A DNA stretch of 46,354 bases from Thraustochytrium aureum. Taxonomy: Eukaryota. Below the pieces are notes generated by a model. That model did not search any database. It was not told the origin of the DNA and worked only from the letters and a program-made list of their open reading frames with translations. Positions 21,534-32,777 of this stretch are shown piece by piece. The position numbers were made by a program, and so were the translations under genes. Location: positions 1-46,354 of the forward strand of contig BLSG01000100.1 in NCBI GenBank assembly GCA_012862495.1, in the 5' to 3' direction. Positions within the stretch are counted from its first letter, which is position 1; each line of letters starts with the position of its first letter.

Positions 21534-22833
21534 ACACTTACTTACTCTTGATGACGCCACGGGCCACCAAGTGCCGGCCGAACGCAGTCGTTGGCCGGCA
21601 CAACCGGAGCTCGGCGCGACGAGGCCAGACCCAACAGACCTGCCTGCTGCTTGCCACAAATTCCCCCCGTTTGGCCGTCGGTCGATGCGCCGGAAGCCGT
21701 GCGCTTGGTCGCGCTGGCTGGCGGTTAGCGGTCTTGCAAGCAAGGAGGATCCTGCGTGCGTGCAGAGAGAGAGTTCTAGGTGCCTTGCCTGGCTGGAAGG
21801 AAGAAAGCCCGTCGACGCCGCGTGAAATCAGCAGTCCTGGAGCCGTCTGCTCGCTTGGAAGGCCTCGGCCGAGCACGGGACGCCCTCGAGTTTGGTACTC
21901 TCTCTGCCACCGACCGATCGTCCTTCACCTGTAAGCCAAGCCAGGCGCCCCACACCGGTGTGCCCCTCGAGCGGAGCCGCTCCCGCTCGACGCGAATCGA
22001 GCGTTTCGCGCCCAGGCAAGGCCCATTTCACGCCGCGTTGCGTACCAGCTCGGCCACGCCTTGCGCACGGATACGTCCGTAGTTGACGGAAGCAAGCCCC
22101 AGCAAGTACCGTGAACCACGGATAGTGTTCCGTTAATCACGGATCGCGTGTGCCCTCCTCCCTGGTAAGGCAGCAGCGCACGTGCCGGCACAGCAGGACC
22201 GCCTCTTCCTGCCTTCGCGTGGGGAGGTCGCCCTTCTCCGCCTTCTTCTGCGCCAAGCGAGTCCTCTCCAGATCAAGGAGGTTGCCAGAATCACGAGTTC
22301 ATTCATCGGAAAGAAAACACCAGGACAGACANNNNNNNNNNNNNNNNNNNNNNNNNNNNNNNNNNNNNNNNNNNNNNNNNNNNNNNNNNNNNNNNNNNNN
22401 NNNNNNNNNNNNNNNNNNNNNNNNNNNNNNNNNNNNNNNNNNNNNNNNNGGACTCCGAGTCGGAACGGCATGGGAATGAGAAGCTCAAGCTTGGTCTGCG
22501 CCTGCGCAGCCTGCGGTGCGGCAACCAACTTGAAGCGAAACCTGAAGGCGCTGATGAGAAAGTCCGTTTCTTTCACGCGTTTTTCACGCGGTTCATTCAT
22601 TGCCAGCCTGAGTGGTGGTTTGTCAACACGCGGCGTCGCTCAAGAGTTTGGCAGAGCGCTCTGGCCTTTTCGCTCCGCTTTTCCAGGTTTTTGTTCGTTG
22701 TGGAGCCTCGAGGTGAGTTGGCAACGGAGCGGCACAAGCCGGTCAACCTCCACCCGACTGCATCCATCCACCCACGCATCCGACTCGCTGCACAATTCCC
22801 GAATCCGCCTCGAGCACGAACGCCCGAGCCAAC

Positions 22834-22886
22834 ATCAGCAGCAGCAGCAGCAGCAGCATCCGAAGCAGCATCAGCAGCAGCAGCAG
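22834..22886. repeat. (CAG)n trinucleotide repeat upstream of the AB-hydrolase gene
   Basis: Interrupted cagcagcag run. Confidence 0.85.
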
Positions 22887-23001
22887 TCAAGCAGTCAGTG
22901 GCCTGGTACCTCTAGAGGCGCCGCGCAACAACACGTTGGTGTCGCCGCCGGCCTGCCTGTGTTGGACGTGGAGCTCGCTCGCTCGCACCTAGAGCCGAAA
23001 G

Positions 23002-24324
23002 ATGGGGGTTGACGCAGCAAGGCGGCTCAATAACCTGCTGCGGGCCGTGGCGCTCCAGCGGCGGGGCCTGGTGTGGGTGGCCGTGGCCGTGTATGTGATG
23101 AGGTGGTACAGGGCCCTGCGAGAGAGCCTGAGGGTGGCCCACCGGGTGGACGACAAGGTGCACCCCGTGCTCCAGAGCTGGAAGTCGTCGAGCACTGCGC
23201 TCAAGCAAGGGTACTGCGCACCGGCATGGCTGTCGGTGGGAAGCCAGTTCCTGGCCGGGTCGCTGCACACCGTCCTGCACAACATACTGCGCCGCTCAAA
23301 GCCCGTCCCCGAGGTGCTGTACGACCGCGAGCTGTTCGTACTCGAGTGCGGCGCCACGGTCGGCATCGATTGGGCCGTCGAGTGCGGCGCGCACAGCGCG
23401 CCCGCCAAGGAGGACGACTCAAAGCCCATCGTTCTGTTCCACCACGGCCTCGCCGGGTGCAGCAGATCGCACTACATCATGAGCATGATTGAGCGGCTCT
23501 TGGCGAGCAAGCGCTTTCGTGTTTGCGTCATGGTGGCGCGCGGGTGCGGCGGCGTGCCGATGACCACGCCGCTCGGGTTCACGGCGGCCGGGTACAACGA
23601 CCTCGGCCAGGTCGTGCAGCACATCAAGGAGCGCAACCCGGACTCGCACATCTACGGCGTGGGCTACAGCCTCGGCGCCGGCCTGATGGCCAACTACGTT
23701 GGCCGTTCCGGTCGCGACTGCAAGCTCTCGGGCGCCGTCGTGGTGAGCCCTTGCTGGGACTTCCACAAGACCACACCCTATTTCGAGGTCTGGTCGCGCA
23801 AGTTTCTCGCCGCGAGCCTCAAGGGCTACACCGAGGAGAACAAGGACGTGATTGGCACGCACGAGAACATTGACCTGGACCGCGCGCTCAACGCGGTCAA
23901 CACGCGCGAGTTCGACGAGCACCTCACCGTTCGCGCATGGGGCTTCGACTCGGTCGACGACTACTACGCCAAGGCCTCGCCGATCTCCCACGCGCACGAG
24001 ATCCACATCCCGACCTTGTCGCTCAGCGCGGACGACGACCCGGTATGTTCAGTGGAGGGGGCGGAGACTATCGAGGAGAAGCACCTTTTTGGCCCCGGAC
24101 TCATGATCGCGCGCACCCAGCGCGGGGGGCACGTGTCGTGGGCGGAAGGCGCCGTCGGGTACGAGAGCTACATGGATCGCGTCATCCAAGAGTGGATCGA
24201 CGCCTGCGAGGAGCACTACAACGAGGGGGGCGACGCTGTCCTGCCAGTTGCAAAGGTTGCTTTCAGCGCCAACGCGGTGGTGCAGGAGATGATCCCGACG
24301 GCGCGCATGGCCTCGAGTTTCTGA
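23002..24324 (+). CDS. Alpha/beta hydrolase, ABHD1/2/3 - YheT - Eht1/Eeb1 family (esterase/acyltransferase)
   Basis: HGLAGCS, ARGCGG, nucleophile elbow GYSLGAG, REFDEHLT..GFDSVDDYY, acid motif SADDDPV, and catalytic His in GGHVSW. Confidence 0.92.
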   Translation: MGVDAARRLNNLLRAVALQRRGLVWVAVAVYVMRWYRALRESLRVAHRVDDKVHPVLQSWKSSSTALKQGYCAPAWLSVGSQFLAGSLHTVLHNILRRSKPVPEVLYDRELFVLECGATVGIDWAVECGAHSAPAKEDDSKPIVLFHHGLAGCSRSHYIMSMIERLLASKRFRVCVMVARGCGGVPMTTPLGFTAAGYNDLGQVVQHIKERNPDSHIYGVGYSLGAGLMANYVGRSGRDCKLSGAVVVSPCWDFHKTTPYFEVWSRKFLAASLKGYTEENKDVIGTHENIDLDRALNAVNTREFDEHLTVRAWGFDSVDDYYAKASPISHAHEIHIPTLSLSADDDPVCSVEGAETIEEKHLFGPGLMIARTQRGGHVSWAEGAVGYESYMDRVIQEWIDACEEHYNEGGDAVLPVAKVAFSANAVVQEMIPTARMASSF

Positions 24325-24685
24325 GCGGCGCGAACAGATTATATTTTTTTGAGAGCCCGACCGGATGAGCGGCCCGGCCCGTCTGAACATACCAGCAACA
24401 GCTTACGAGGAGGTTGCAACCTCCTTTGGCGCACGCACTAAACGATTGATTTGTATTCTGCTAGCCTTGTCCTTCTCTTCAATTTGGGCGCAAGCCTCCG
24501 GGGCGTTGTCCGCCGGCCAGATTGCGACATTTAAAACAAAACAAGTAGTACAGCAGCGCGGGCTTGTTGGGCGGGCTATCGAAACGCAGCGAAGAAGCTA
24601 CGCAACGAAGGTCGATCTTCTCGAGGACGCTCTCGCGAGCTCGAGCCCGCCTGGCTGCCGCGAACTCCGCACACTGCAACACCGA

Positions 24686-26044
24686 CTACGCTTCCTTCCT
24701 GCGCTTGTTGAAGCCTTGCTTGTCAGCCGGCGGGCCGCGCTTCTTAAAGGCCCTCTTGTCTGCCGCTGGACTTGGGCCCCTCGCCTCGCCGCCGCCGCCG
24801 CCTGCGCCGCCTGGAGCCGCGCTCTGACGGGCGCTTGGCCTGCCGCGACTAGGGCCCTTGGGCTTGCCCTTGCCTTTGGGCTTGCCCTTTCCCGCCACTC
24901 CAGCGCCGCTCTCCAGCAGTGCCGCAAAGGCAACCGAACGGTCCTCGTCGCTGGCGTCTCCCGAGAGCTTTGGCAGGTACGACTTGTAAAACTCGGACAG
25001 CTTGCGCTTGAGCTCCGCCTCCGGTCGCGCGCGCATCTGCTGGATGCACGGCTGGGTGAAGGCCGACCAGCTTGCCTCGGTACTGACCGGGGCTCGTCCT
25101 TGCCCCTCGACCTTTTTCGTGCGGCGAGGGCGCGCTGCGGCTTCGACTATCTGTAGCACCTCCTGCTCGCTCAGGATCGCCTCTGGCGCACCGACGTCCT
25201 TCTCCTTAGGCTCGGCCTTGCCGCGTCCAGCCGGGTTCGTGCTTTTCGCACTGGGCTTGGCTCCGCCTGTCTTGTCCTCCTCGGTGTGTTTGTGCAGCAG
25301 CGACAGCAGGTAAGAGTTCTTGTTCTTGACCGTCGGCCCAGCCTTGAACAGCTCCCGCAGTGCCAGATCGACCACGCGCACCTTGGACCGGCGCATCAGC
25401 GTCGTCGTCCCATGATCAAAGTCCCCGAGTGTTAGAGGCGGCTTGCGCTTGGCAGCACGGCTCGCGTTCGCCAGCAATTCCTCAATCCGCTTGTCTGGGA
25501 GGAGGTCGCCCATTTTGGCGCGCTCGGCGCGCTCTGCAACGACCGAGTCGCGCGACGCACAGAGCTTGACGTTGACCTTGCGCCCGCGAAGCTTGCTCTT
25601 GTCCAGCGTGAGCGCGACGTCACGCAGGGCCTCCGTGCTCAGTTCAACGAGCGCAACGCCCTTGAACTTGTTGGCCTTGTCGCGAACCATGCGGATTTGG
25701 ACGATGTTTTCGGGTTCGAGTCCAGGCGCGAGGCAGAAGAATTCAAGGACCTCCTTTTCGCTCGCGGCGTAAGGGATTTGGTTCACGAAGACTGTGCGCT
25801 TTTCGCGTTCGCTCCACTTGGCCTTTTTCAGGGGTCTCGCCTTGTCGCCTTCCTGGTCGGCTCCGGTTGCCTTCTTGCGGCCCGCGCCCTTGGGCTTCTC
25901 GCTCTTCTTGCCTGCAACCTTCTTCTTCCGTGCAAACACGTCCACGGCCGGCGACGAGCCTTCTTGGCCGGAAGGGACTTGCTCGGCGTTTACCTGGTCG
26001 GGGGCTCCCGCGTCCGCCTCGCCTCGCGGGCGCTTGAGTCCCAT
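24686..26044 (-). CDS. RRM-containing, Lys-rich (likely nucleolar) RNA-binding protein with an hnRNP-Q acidic-domain-like segment
   Basis: RNP2 TVFVNQIPY, RNP1 KGVALVEL and LRGRKVNVK; segment DLALRELF..VKNKNSYLLSLL; basic low-complexity termini. Confidence 0.8.
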   Translation of the reverse strand: MGLKRPRGEADAGAPDQVNAEQVPSGQEGSSPAVDVFARKKKVAGKKSEKPKGAGRKKATGADQEGDKARPLKKAKWSEREKRTVFVNQIPYAASEKEVLEFFCLAPGLEPENIVQIRMVRDKANKFKGVALVELSTEALRDVALTLDKSKLRGRKVNVKLCASRDSVVAERAERAKMGDLLPDKRIEELLANASRAAKRKPPLTLGDFDHGTTTLMRRSKVRVVDLALRELFKAGPTVKNKNSYLLSLLHKHTEEDKTGGAKPSAKSTNPAGRGKAEPKEKDVGAPEAILSEQEVLQIVEAAARPRRTKKVEGQGRAPVSTEASWSAFTQPCIQQMRARPEAELKRKLSEFYKSYLPKLSGDASDEDRSVAFAALLESGAGVAGKGKPKGKGKPKGPSRGRPSARQSAAPGGAGGGGGEARGPSPAADKRAFKKRGPPADKQGFNKRRKEA

Positions 26045-27232
26045 CCTCGCCGCGCTGACCGCGTCTATTCAAGCCCACGCCGACTGGACTGGTTGGAGAC
26101 CGGCGAGCGCGCCGGAGGCCGGCGAGGGAGAGCTCGAGAGGTCGCGGCGAGGGAGGTTGGCGAGCGAGCGCGGGGTTCAGGTGAGCCGACAAGTTGGGCC
26201 GCAAGACGGCGAAGGCGCCCGGCGCTCGTCGTCAAAGCCACCGCGTACGTAGCGCTCGCTCCGGGCTCGGCCCTGCCGTGCGAAGCGGGCTCGGATGACG
26301 AGGCCACAGGCAAAGGGGCGTGCAGGCGTCTGGAGGCCGACCAACCAACCAAACCAAAACGAAACGAGACGAGAAGGTCCCTGAGCGAAACGCGCGCACA
26401 CATCCGTTCCGTTTCAGCAGTCCGTCTTCCAGCAATACAGGAGTAACTTGGAACTCGACGCTCGCCGAGCCGACGAGATCCTCTGTGCCGGCATCCCCGA
26501 TCACTGTCGCTGCTGGCAGCGCCCGGCCGACTCGAGCGTGGCCTTCGCTCGCAACCGGTTCATCACGCGAGGCGCTCTTGTCCCCAAAAATTGACTCGGC
26601 CGCCGAGGTCGCCAAGGCGCACGGGAGCCCAGCCGCCGAGGTCCTCCGTGCCCGGCATCCCGCATGCGCCGAGCTGCCCCCAGCCTCGTCGCTGCCGGCC
26701 GAGAACACGGCCTTCGCTCGCGGCCGGCAANNNNNNNNNNNNNNNNNNNNNNNNNNNNNNNNNNNNNNNNNNNNNNNNNNNNNNNNNNNNNNNNNNNNNN
26801 NNNNNNNNNNNNNNNNNNNNNNNNNNNNNNCAGCCAGATGGTCATCACGCGTCGGCGAGCGCATCGTCGCCCATCGGCTGGCGCGGCGCGCAAGGCAAGC
26901 GAGTGCTTCGTCAGTGAGCCAGAGCACGCCTCGCGGACCACCGATGGATGCCCGGCTGGCGGGGAAGGAGGGACTCGCCACGTCGCGTTTCGTTATGTTC
27001 TATCCACCAGCAAAACCAAACTGTTCTTGATTGAGACCAAACCCCACAGGCAGGCAGGCAGGCTGGCAGGCAGGCAGGCGGGCTGGCCAGCTGTCAAACA
27101 CGCACGGAAGAGCGGCGGCAGCGACTAGGCGCTGGGTCTATCGAAGGCAGGCGCTGCGAGCGTGGCCCGCGGTCGGGTTTCAGGGATTCGAGATTTCAGA
27201 ACAGGGGCTCGAGGCGCGAGTTTTTTGGCGCG

Positions 27233-28635
27233 ATGGCGGCCGTGGTGCGACGCGGCGCGACCGAGCTCCGGGAGGTCGTGGCGCTGTGCAAGCGGCGCGG
27301 GTTTGTGTTTCCGAGCAACGATGTGTATGGCGGGTTTGCTAACAGCTATGACTATGGGCCGCTGGGCACGCTGCTGAAACGAAACATCCAGGAGAGCTGG
27401 TGGAGGCGCTTCGTGACGGCAGAAAGCCAAGTCCTGGCCCTCGACTCGGCCGTGATGCTGCCCCCTGTGGTCTGGGAAAAGTCTGGCCACATGGCCAACT
27501 TTAGCGACCCACTCGTGGACTGTAAGGCCTGCCAGAAGCGGTTTCGCGCCGACCACCTGGTCCCCGACTCGGTCAAGGCGGAAGACGTCCAAGACATGCT
27601 CGAGGCCGGCCCGTGCCCTTGCGGCAAGCGCAGGGTCTGGAACCCGGAGGTCTCGAGCGTGCGACAGTTCAACTTGATGTTTGAGACCTCGGTGGGCCCC
27701 GTCGCGAACGACGGCGCGGCGGCCTACCTCCGCCCTGAGACCGCGCAAGGCGCCTTTCTGAATTTCGGCAACGTCTGCGCGGCGACCAACACGCGGCTGC
27801 CCTTCGGACTAGCCCAAACGGGCAAGGCGTTCAGGAACGAAGTGACGCCGGGCAACTTTGTGTTTCGCACGCGCGAGTTTGAGCAGATGGAGCTCGAGTG
27901 GTTTTGCGCGAACGCGGCGGAGGGCGAGCGCTGGTTTGAGTACTGGCTTGCCTCTGCCCAGGCGTGGCTGGTCGACACGGTGGGTCTTCGCCCAGAGAGC
28001 ATTCGGCTGGCCGAGCACGCTCAAGCCGACCTGGCGCACTACGCGCGCCGCACGGTGGACATTGAGTTCGCCTACCCGTTTGGCTGGGGCGAGCTCTGGG
28101 GCATCGCGAACCGCGGCACGTTCGACCTTGAGAACCACGGCCTGCAGTACCGCGACAAGGCCACCAATGAGCTGGTGCAGCCAGTCGTGATCGAGCCTGC
28201 ACTGGGTCTGTCACGGCTCGTCCTGGCGGTGCTCTGCGACGCGCTCTGCGAGGAGGAGCTCCCACCCGGCCAGAGCGGCAAGCCGGACCGGCGCACGGTG
28301 CTCAAGCTAGCGCCGGAGCTGGCGCCGTACTCTTGGCGGTTCTCCCGCTGATCGTGAAGAACGAGGAGCAGGCCGCCGCAAGCCGCAGCCTCTTCAGCCG
28401 CCTCGCAGCCAACCCGTGGGGCAGCCCCCACCTGGATGTGTCGCCCGGAACTGTCGGCAAGCGGTACCGGCGGCACGACGAGATTGGCACGCCGTTTTGC
28501 GCCACAGTGGACTATGACTCTGCCGCGGACGGCTGTGTGACTTTGCGGGAGCGGGATTCGATGCGGCAGGTCCGCGTCTCCACGGAGGCCTTGTCGAGCA
28601 TGACTGTCGCGCAGATGTCGGCGCTCTTCGCCTGA
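27233..28635 (+). CDS. Glycine--tRNA ligase, compact bacterial-like homodimeric (glyQS) type, probably organellar; frameshift at ~28333
   Basis: LCKRRGFVF..YGG..YDYGPLG, YLRPETAQG, GKAFRNEVTPGNFVFRTREFEQME, FGWGELWGIANRG and VIEPALG. The anticodon-binding domain continues in the next frame (AVLPL...GKRYRRHDEIGTPFCATVDYD..VTLRERDSM). Confidence 0.93.
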
Positions 28636-28806
28636 CGCCAGGGCAGCCGACGCTGCCGCAGAGCCGCCACGTTTTTTTAAAAAAGAGCTCGGAGCCATGA
28701 AGGTTGATGGAAAAGGAAAGGGTTTCTCTTGCTGTTGGAGGGGAGAGTGGTTGGCACGTTGCAGGGAGCGCTATTTCGGAGCGGGCGCGCGGTTGGGCCG
28801 GCGGGC

Positions 28807-28908
28807 GCATGCAGGAGGTTGAAGGAATAGGAAAACGATATTCCTGCTTGCGGTGGACGCATGCAGGGTTTCAAGGAATAGGAAAAGGATATTCTTGCTT
28901 GTGGTGGA
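28807..28908. repeat. Imperfect tandem duplication, about 51 bp x2
   Basis: gcatgcaggaggttgaaggaataggaaaacgatattcctgcttgcggtgga versus gcatgcagggtttcaaggaataggaaaaggatattcttgcttgtggtgga. Confidence 0.75.
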
Positions 28909-29108
28909 GAATTGGGCTGCTATGGGCGGGCGGGCGCCTCGGTTTCACAACCGTAAAAGGGAGGCGGCTACGCTTCTGCGAGCTCGCGCATGACGATGCG
29001 GCGCCGAAAAGATCAGATCAGTCCATAGGCGCGCAGCAACAGAGGACAGCGAAAGGCGGTGCGAAGACTGCTGCTGGTCTGGAATGAGGCGGTCAGCCAG
29101 CCAGCCGC

Positions 29109-30469
29109 CTACTCTTCGTCGGAATCGTCGCTGTCAGTGTCGCTCTCGCCGCCGGCCGTGGCGGGCGCAGAGGCGCCGAAAACGCTCTGCGGGTCATAAG
29201 ACTCGTCGCCCTCCTCCTCCTCCTCCTCGTCGTCGTCCTCCTCGTCGACAGTCTCGAGCCAGGTGACGATGGGGGACGCCTGCGCCTTGACGGCGGCCAC
29301 GGTAGCATCGTCCACGACGGTGCGCACGTGCTCGGGCTTGAAGCCGCCCTTGAACCAAGACGTGATGACCTCCTCCTCGACCGCGTCCGCGTCGTAGAGC
29401 GCCTTGACGATGAGCGGGACGATCTTGATCGCGGTGGCGCGCTTGAGGTCGTCCTCGGCGCGGGCGACGCTCTCCTCGAGGCACGACATGACCTCCTGCT
29501 GCAGGCTCTTTGACTGGGCCAGGAGGGCGAGGGCGCCGAGGTGCTTGGGCACCGAGGCAGGGGGCTGGTCGGCGACGGCGGCGAAGAAGAGGATTGCGAC
29601 CGCATCGACCTTGCGCAAGCCGCAGTTGACCTGGAACTTGAGGACCTCCTTGACGAGGTCCTCGTCGGAGGGGGCCGGGCTGGCCGAGACCAGGGCGCGG
29701 ACCTTGGTGACAGCGTCCTCGATGGCGGCGGCGTCGTCGAGGTGAGAGTCTCCAGCGTGGCGGCGGCCTCGCCAAGATCGTCCTCGATCTCGGCGTCGCT
29801 CTCCTCGGCCGGGGCGGCCTTGTCCTTGGACTTTTCCTTCTTGGCCTTCTTCTCCTTTTTCTCTTTCTTCTCCTTTTTCTCCTTCTTCTCCTTCTTGGAC
29901 TTTTTCTTCTTCTCCTTGGTGCCCGTGGAGGCCGAGCCCACGCTGGCCTCCTCGCCGTCCTCGAGCGGCTTGCGCTCCTTGTCCTTCTTGCGGTCCTTGC
30001 GCGTGGTGGGGGCCGGCTGGGCCACCATCTCCTTGAGGATGGCCGTGCAGAGCTTGTGCGCGTTGTCGGCCTCGGTTAGCTCACCGCAGGCCTTGCAGTT
30101 GAGCCAGATGGTGGCAGACTTTTTCTTGCCCTTGATCTCCATCACGGTCTCTGGGTTGCCGCAGCTGCCGCACTGGACAAACTTTTCGATGTACTTGAAG
30201 ATCATTTCCTGAAGGACGGAGGTCTCGAAGGCGCCGTTCACGACGGCGCGGTCGGTCTTCGGGTCGTAGCGGGACATGGCGCCGAGTTCGCACCCGAAGA
30301 ACTTTGTCACCTGGGAGGTCGGCCGGTGGAGCGCCTGGGCGACGTCGGAGGCGTTGACAACCACGGTCTTGATGCCGTTGCCGCGGCCTTCGATCTTGCC
30401 GATGACCTTGGGCATCTTGTACCGGTAGTTGGGGTCATCCGACCCGTTCACGTTGAGCATGTTCGACAT
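29109..30469 (-). CDS. EIF5: Eukaryotic translation initiation factor 5; one base missing at ~29741
   Basis: DPNYRYKMP..KIEGRGNGIKT, KFFGCELGA, zinc motif CGSCGNPET..CKACG and a Lys-rich linker. The W2 domain is in the second frame (VPLIVKALYDADAVEEEVITSWF..ASPIVTWLETVDEEDD). Confidence 0.96.
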
Positions 30470-30787
30470 GGTGCCCGCTTGGTTCCTTCCGCTGCTTCAG
30501 CTTCCGCGCTTCCGAGCTGCTTGCTTGCGCCAGTTCTTTTCAGCCCGTCTCCTCGCTCACACTGCCAACCAGGGACTATCCCGCTTACACCTCTGCAACA
30601 ACCTCGACGCCCCCCTCTCCCTGCTGCAATACATGCCACGCGTTCTGCGCGTCGCCAGCGTCCTCCGCGCCGCCGCCGTCGTCCTGGCCGTCCGAAGCCG
30701 AACCTCGCGGCTTCCTTCTTCCGTCGTCGCGCGCCGGTGAACGAACGCCTGTCCGCTTGGGTGGCTGGGGGCTGCCGGACCGAGGAT

Positions 30788-30900
30788 GCCTGCCTCTACG
30801 CCTGCCTGCCTCTACGCCTGCCTGCCTCTACGCCTGCCTGCCTCTACGCCTGCCTGCCTCTACGCCTGCCTGCCTGCCTGCCTGTACGCCTGCGCCTGCC
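30788..30900. repeat. 16-bp minisatellite (CTCTACGCCTGCCTGC) x~5 merging into (GCCT)n
   Basis: Direct tandem copies visible upstream of EIF5. Confidence 0.85.
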
Positions 30901-31661
30901 TGGTGCCTGCCGCGTCAAAGGATGCGCCTCTGCTGCTCCTGCATGCATGCATGCTTGTCTGTCTGTCTGTCTGCCCAAGTGAAAAGAAAAAAAAAAACCT
31001 TAACCGACAAAACTGAAAAAAACTTTGAACGCAGAGCGACTCCGACGCGGAGCAGAGCAGAGCGCGACTAGCTCGAGGAGGAGCGGAGCGCCCCAACGCC
31101 CAGAGCCCACCGGCCCGCGACAGAGAGGGGTAGCGCGAGAGAGGAAGTACGCCGCTCACTCGCTCGCTCACTCACTCACTCAGGCAGGCAGGCAGGCCAA
31201 GGGCAGGCCAAGGGCAGGGCGCCCCATGCCTCAGTACCCGGCCGCCCGGCTCGACGCCCGCACGCCTCACAACGGGCTGCCGCGAGTGGGCCGCGAGTGG
31301 CGAGGCGGCCTGTGAGGCGCCAGAGTGGGGCAGAGAGGGCGGCGGGCTGGCGGGCGGGCGAGCTTCGTCGACTCGGCTGCTGAGCCATTCATTTCGCCGA
31401 CCGCCACGATCGAACCTAACCCAAGCCCGCCGCGCAGTCGCGCTCCTCGCGCATCATCAAGCCGTGGCATTGCAGGCCGCGACGTTGCCGCGACGCGTCC
31501 AAACCATGCGTGTGCTGACGCGGAGAGAGAGAGATCACCGACTCGGAGCTGGTCCAACTTGGGTTCAACGAGTAGGTTCACCCGCGCGTCGGTAGGAGGC
31601 TTACGGCGTTGTTGCAGACTACTTGCTTGGCAACTCGAGGCGTTTTGCTGTTGATGGGCCG

Positions 31662-32777
31662 ATGCGGTGCGCGGTGCTGGGGCCAGAGCGGCGGCTGGAG
31701 GTGGCGGCCGACCATCAAGTACCGGCGTTGATGCCCGGCTGGGCGCTGGTTTCGGTGATCCGCGCGGGTATCTGCGGCACGGACTTGGAGATGTTGAAGG
31801 AGTACAAGCCCGGGTTTCGCGGCGTGCTCGGACACGAGTTCGTGGGCCTCGTCAAGGAGGTCGCGCCGGCCGGCGACGAAGCGCACGCGGAGCGGGCCGT
31901 CAAGGTCGGAGACCGGGTCGTTGGCGAGATCAACGTGGGGTGCAGGGCGTGCGCGGTGTGCAGAGGCGAAGACCACGTCGCAGCGCGCAACCACTGCCCG
32001 GCTCGCAAGTGCCTCGGAATCTGGGACCTGGACGGCGCGTTCGCGGAGGTGCTTGCGCTGCCTGTGCGCAATCTGTACAGAGTCCCGGACTGCGTTTCGG
32101 ACGAGGTCGCCGTCTTCGCCGAGCCGCTGGCCGCGGCCTGCCGTGTGCTCGAACAGCTCTCCGGCACCTTGTGCGAGGGCGAAGGCCCGCAGCGCGTCGC
32201 GGTCGTGGGTGACGGCAAGCTCGGCCTCCTAGTCGCCGCAGTGCTCTCTGAGCGGTGCCGCGCCGGCGTGGAGGTGGTGCTCGTTGGCAAGCACCCGGAG
32301 CACTTCGAGCGCGTCTCGCGCGGGGCGCCGGGCCCGGCCGTCTTGTCGAGCGCGATGGCGACGGCTCCGGGCGACACGGCGGCGCTGGCGGAACGCGCAA
32401 ACACCTTCGACGTGGTCGTGGAGGCGACTGCCGCGTACTCGGGGCTTCTGGTGGCCACGCAGCTCGCCCGGCCGCTCGGCACAGTGGTGTTGAAGTCCAC
32501 CTGCTCGGCCAAGGCGCCCGCGGACGCCGGAATCGCTGCGCGCCAGCTCGAGGCCATCAACGAGGCGCGTAACGCGGCGGTCGTCAAGGAGCTTGTGCTA
32601 CTTGGCAGCCGCTGCGGCCCGTTCCCTGTTGCGATGGACCTCTTGCGCACGAGCGCGTACATTCGTGGCGTGCTTGCCCGGCTGGTGGACTCGACCTTTC
32701 GGCTCGAGCAGATCGAGGTCGCCCTGGCGCGGGCGCGCACCAGGGGTGCGCTCAAGGTCCAGATTGTCATGTCGTAA
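31662..32777 (+). CDS. Zinc-dependent medium-chain dehydrogenase/reductase (alcohol/threonine dehydrogenase-like)
   Basis: AGICGTD, LGHEFVG, structural Zn motif CRACAVC..HC, DGAFAE, AEPLAAA, Rossmann VGDGKLG, VVLKST and GSRCGPF. Confidence 0.93.
   Translation: MRCAVLGPERRLEVAADHQVPALMPGWALVSVIRAGICGTDLEMLKEYKPGFRGVLGHEFVGLVKEVAPAGDEAHAERAVKVGDRVVGEINVGCRACAVCRGEDHVAARNHCPARKCLGIWDLDGAFAEVLALPVRNLYRVPDCVSDEVAVFAEPLAAACRVLEQLSGTLCEGEGPQRVAVVGDGKLGLLVAAVLSERCRAGVEVVLVGKHPEHFERVSRGAPGPAVLSSAMATAPGDTAALAERANTFDVVVEATAAYSGLLVATQLARPLGTVVLKSTCSAKAPADAGIAARQLEAINEARNAAVVKELVLLGSRCGPFPVAMDLLRTSAYIRGVLARLVDSTFRLEQIEVALARARTRGALKVQIVMS

Noticed and set aside
21900..22900. ORFs spanning the small gap and the CAG repeat
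   Set aside because: No consistent frame or motif; the poly-Q/poly-A tracts derive from the microsatellite.
30788..30900. Regular repeat array as a possible CRISPR
   Set aside because: The 16-bp units are head-to-tail with no spacers and the context is eukaryotic; it is a simple minisatellite.
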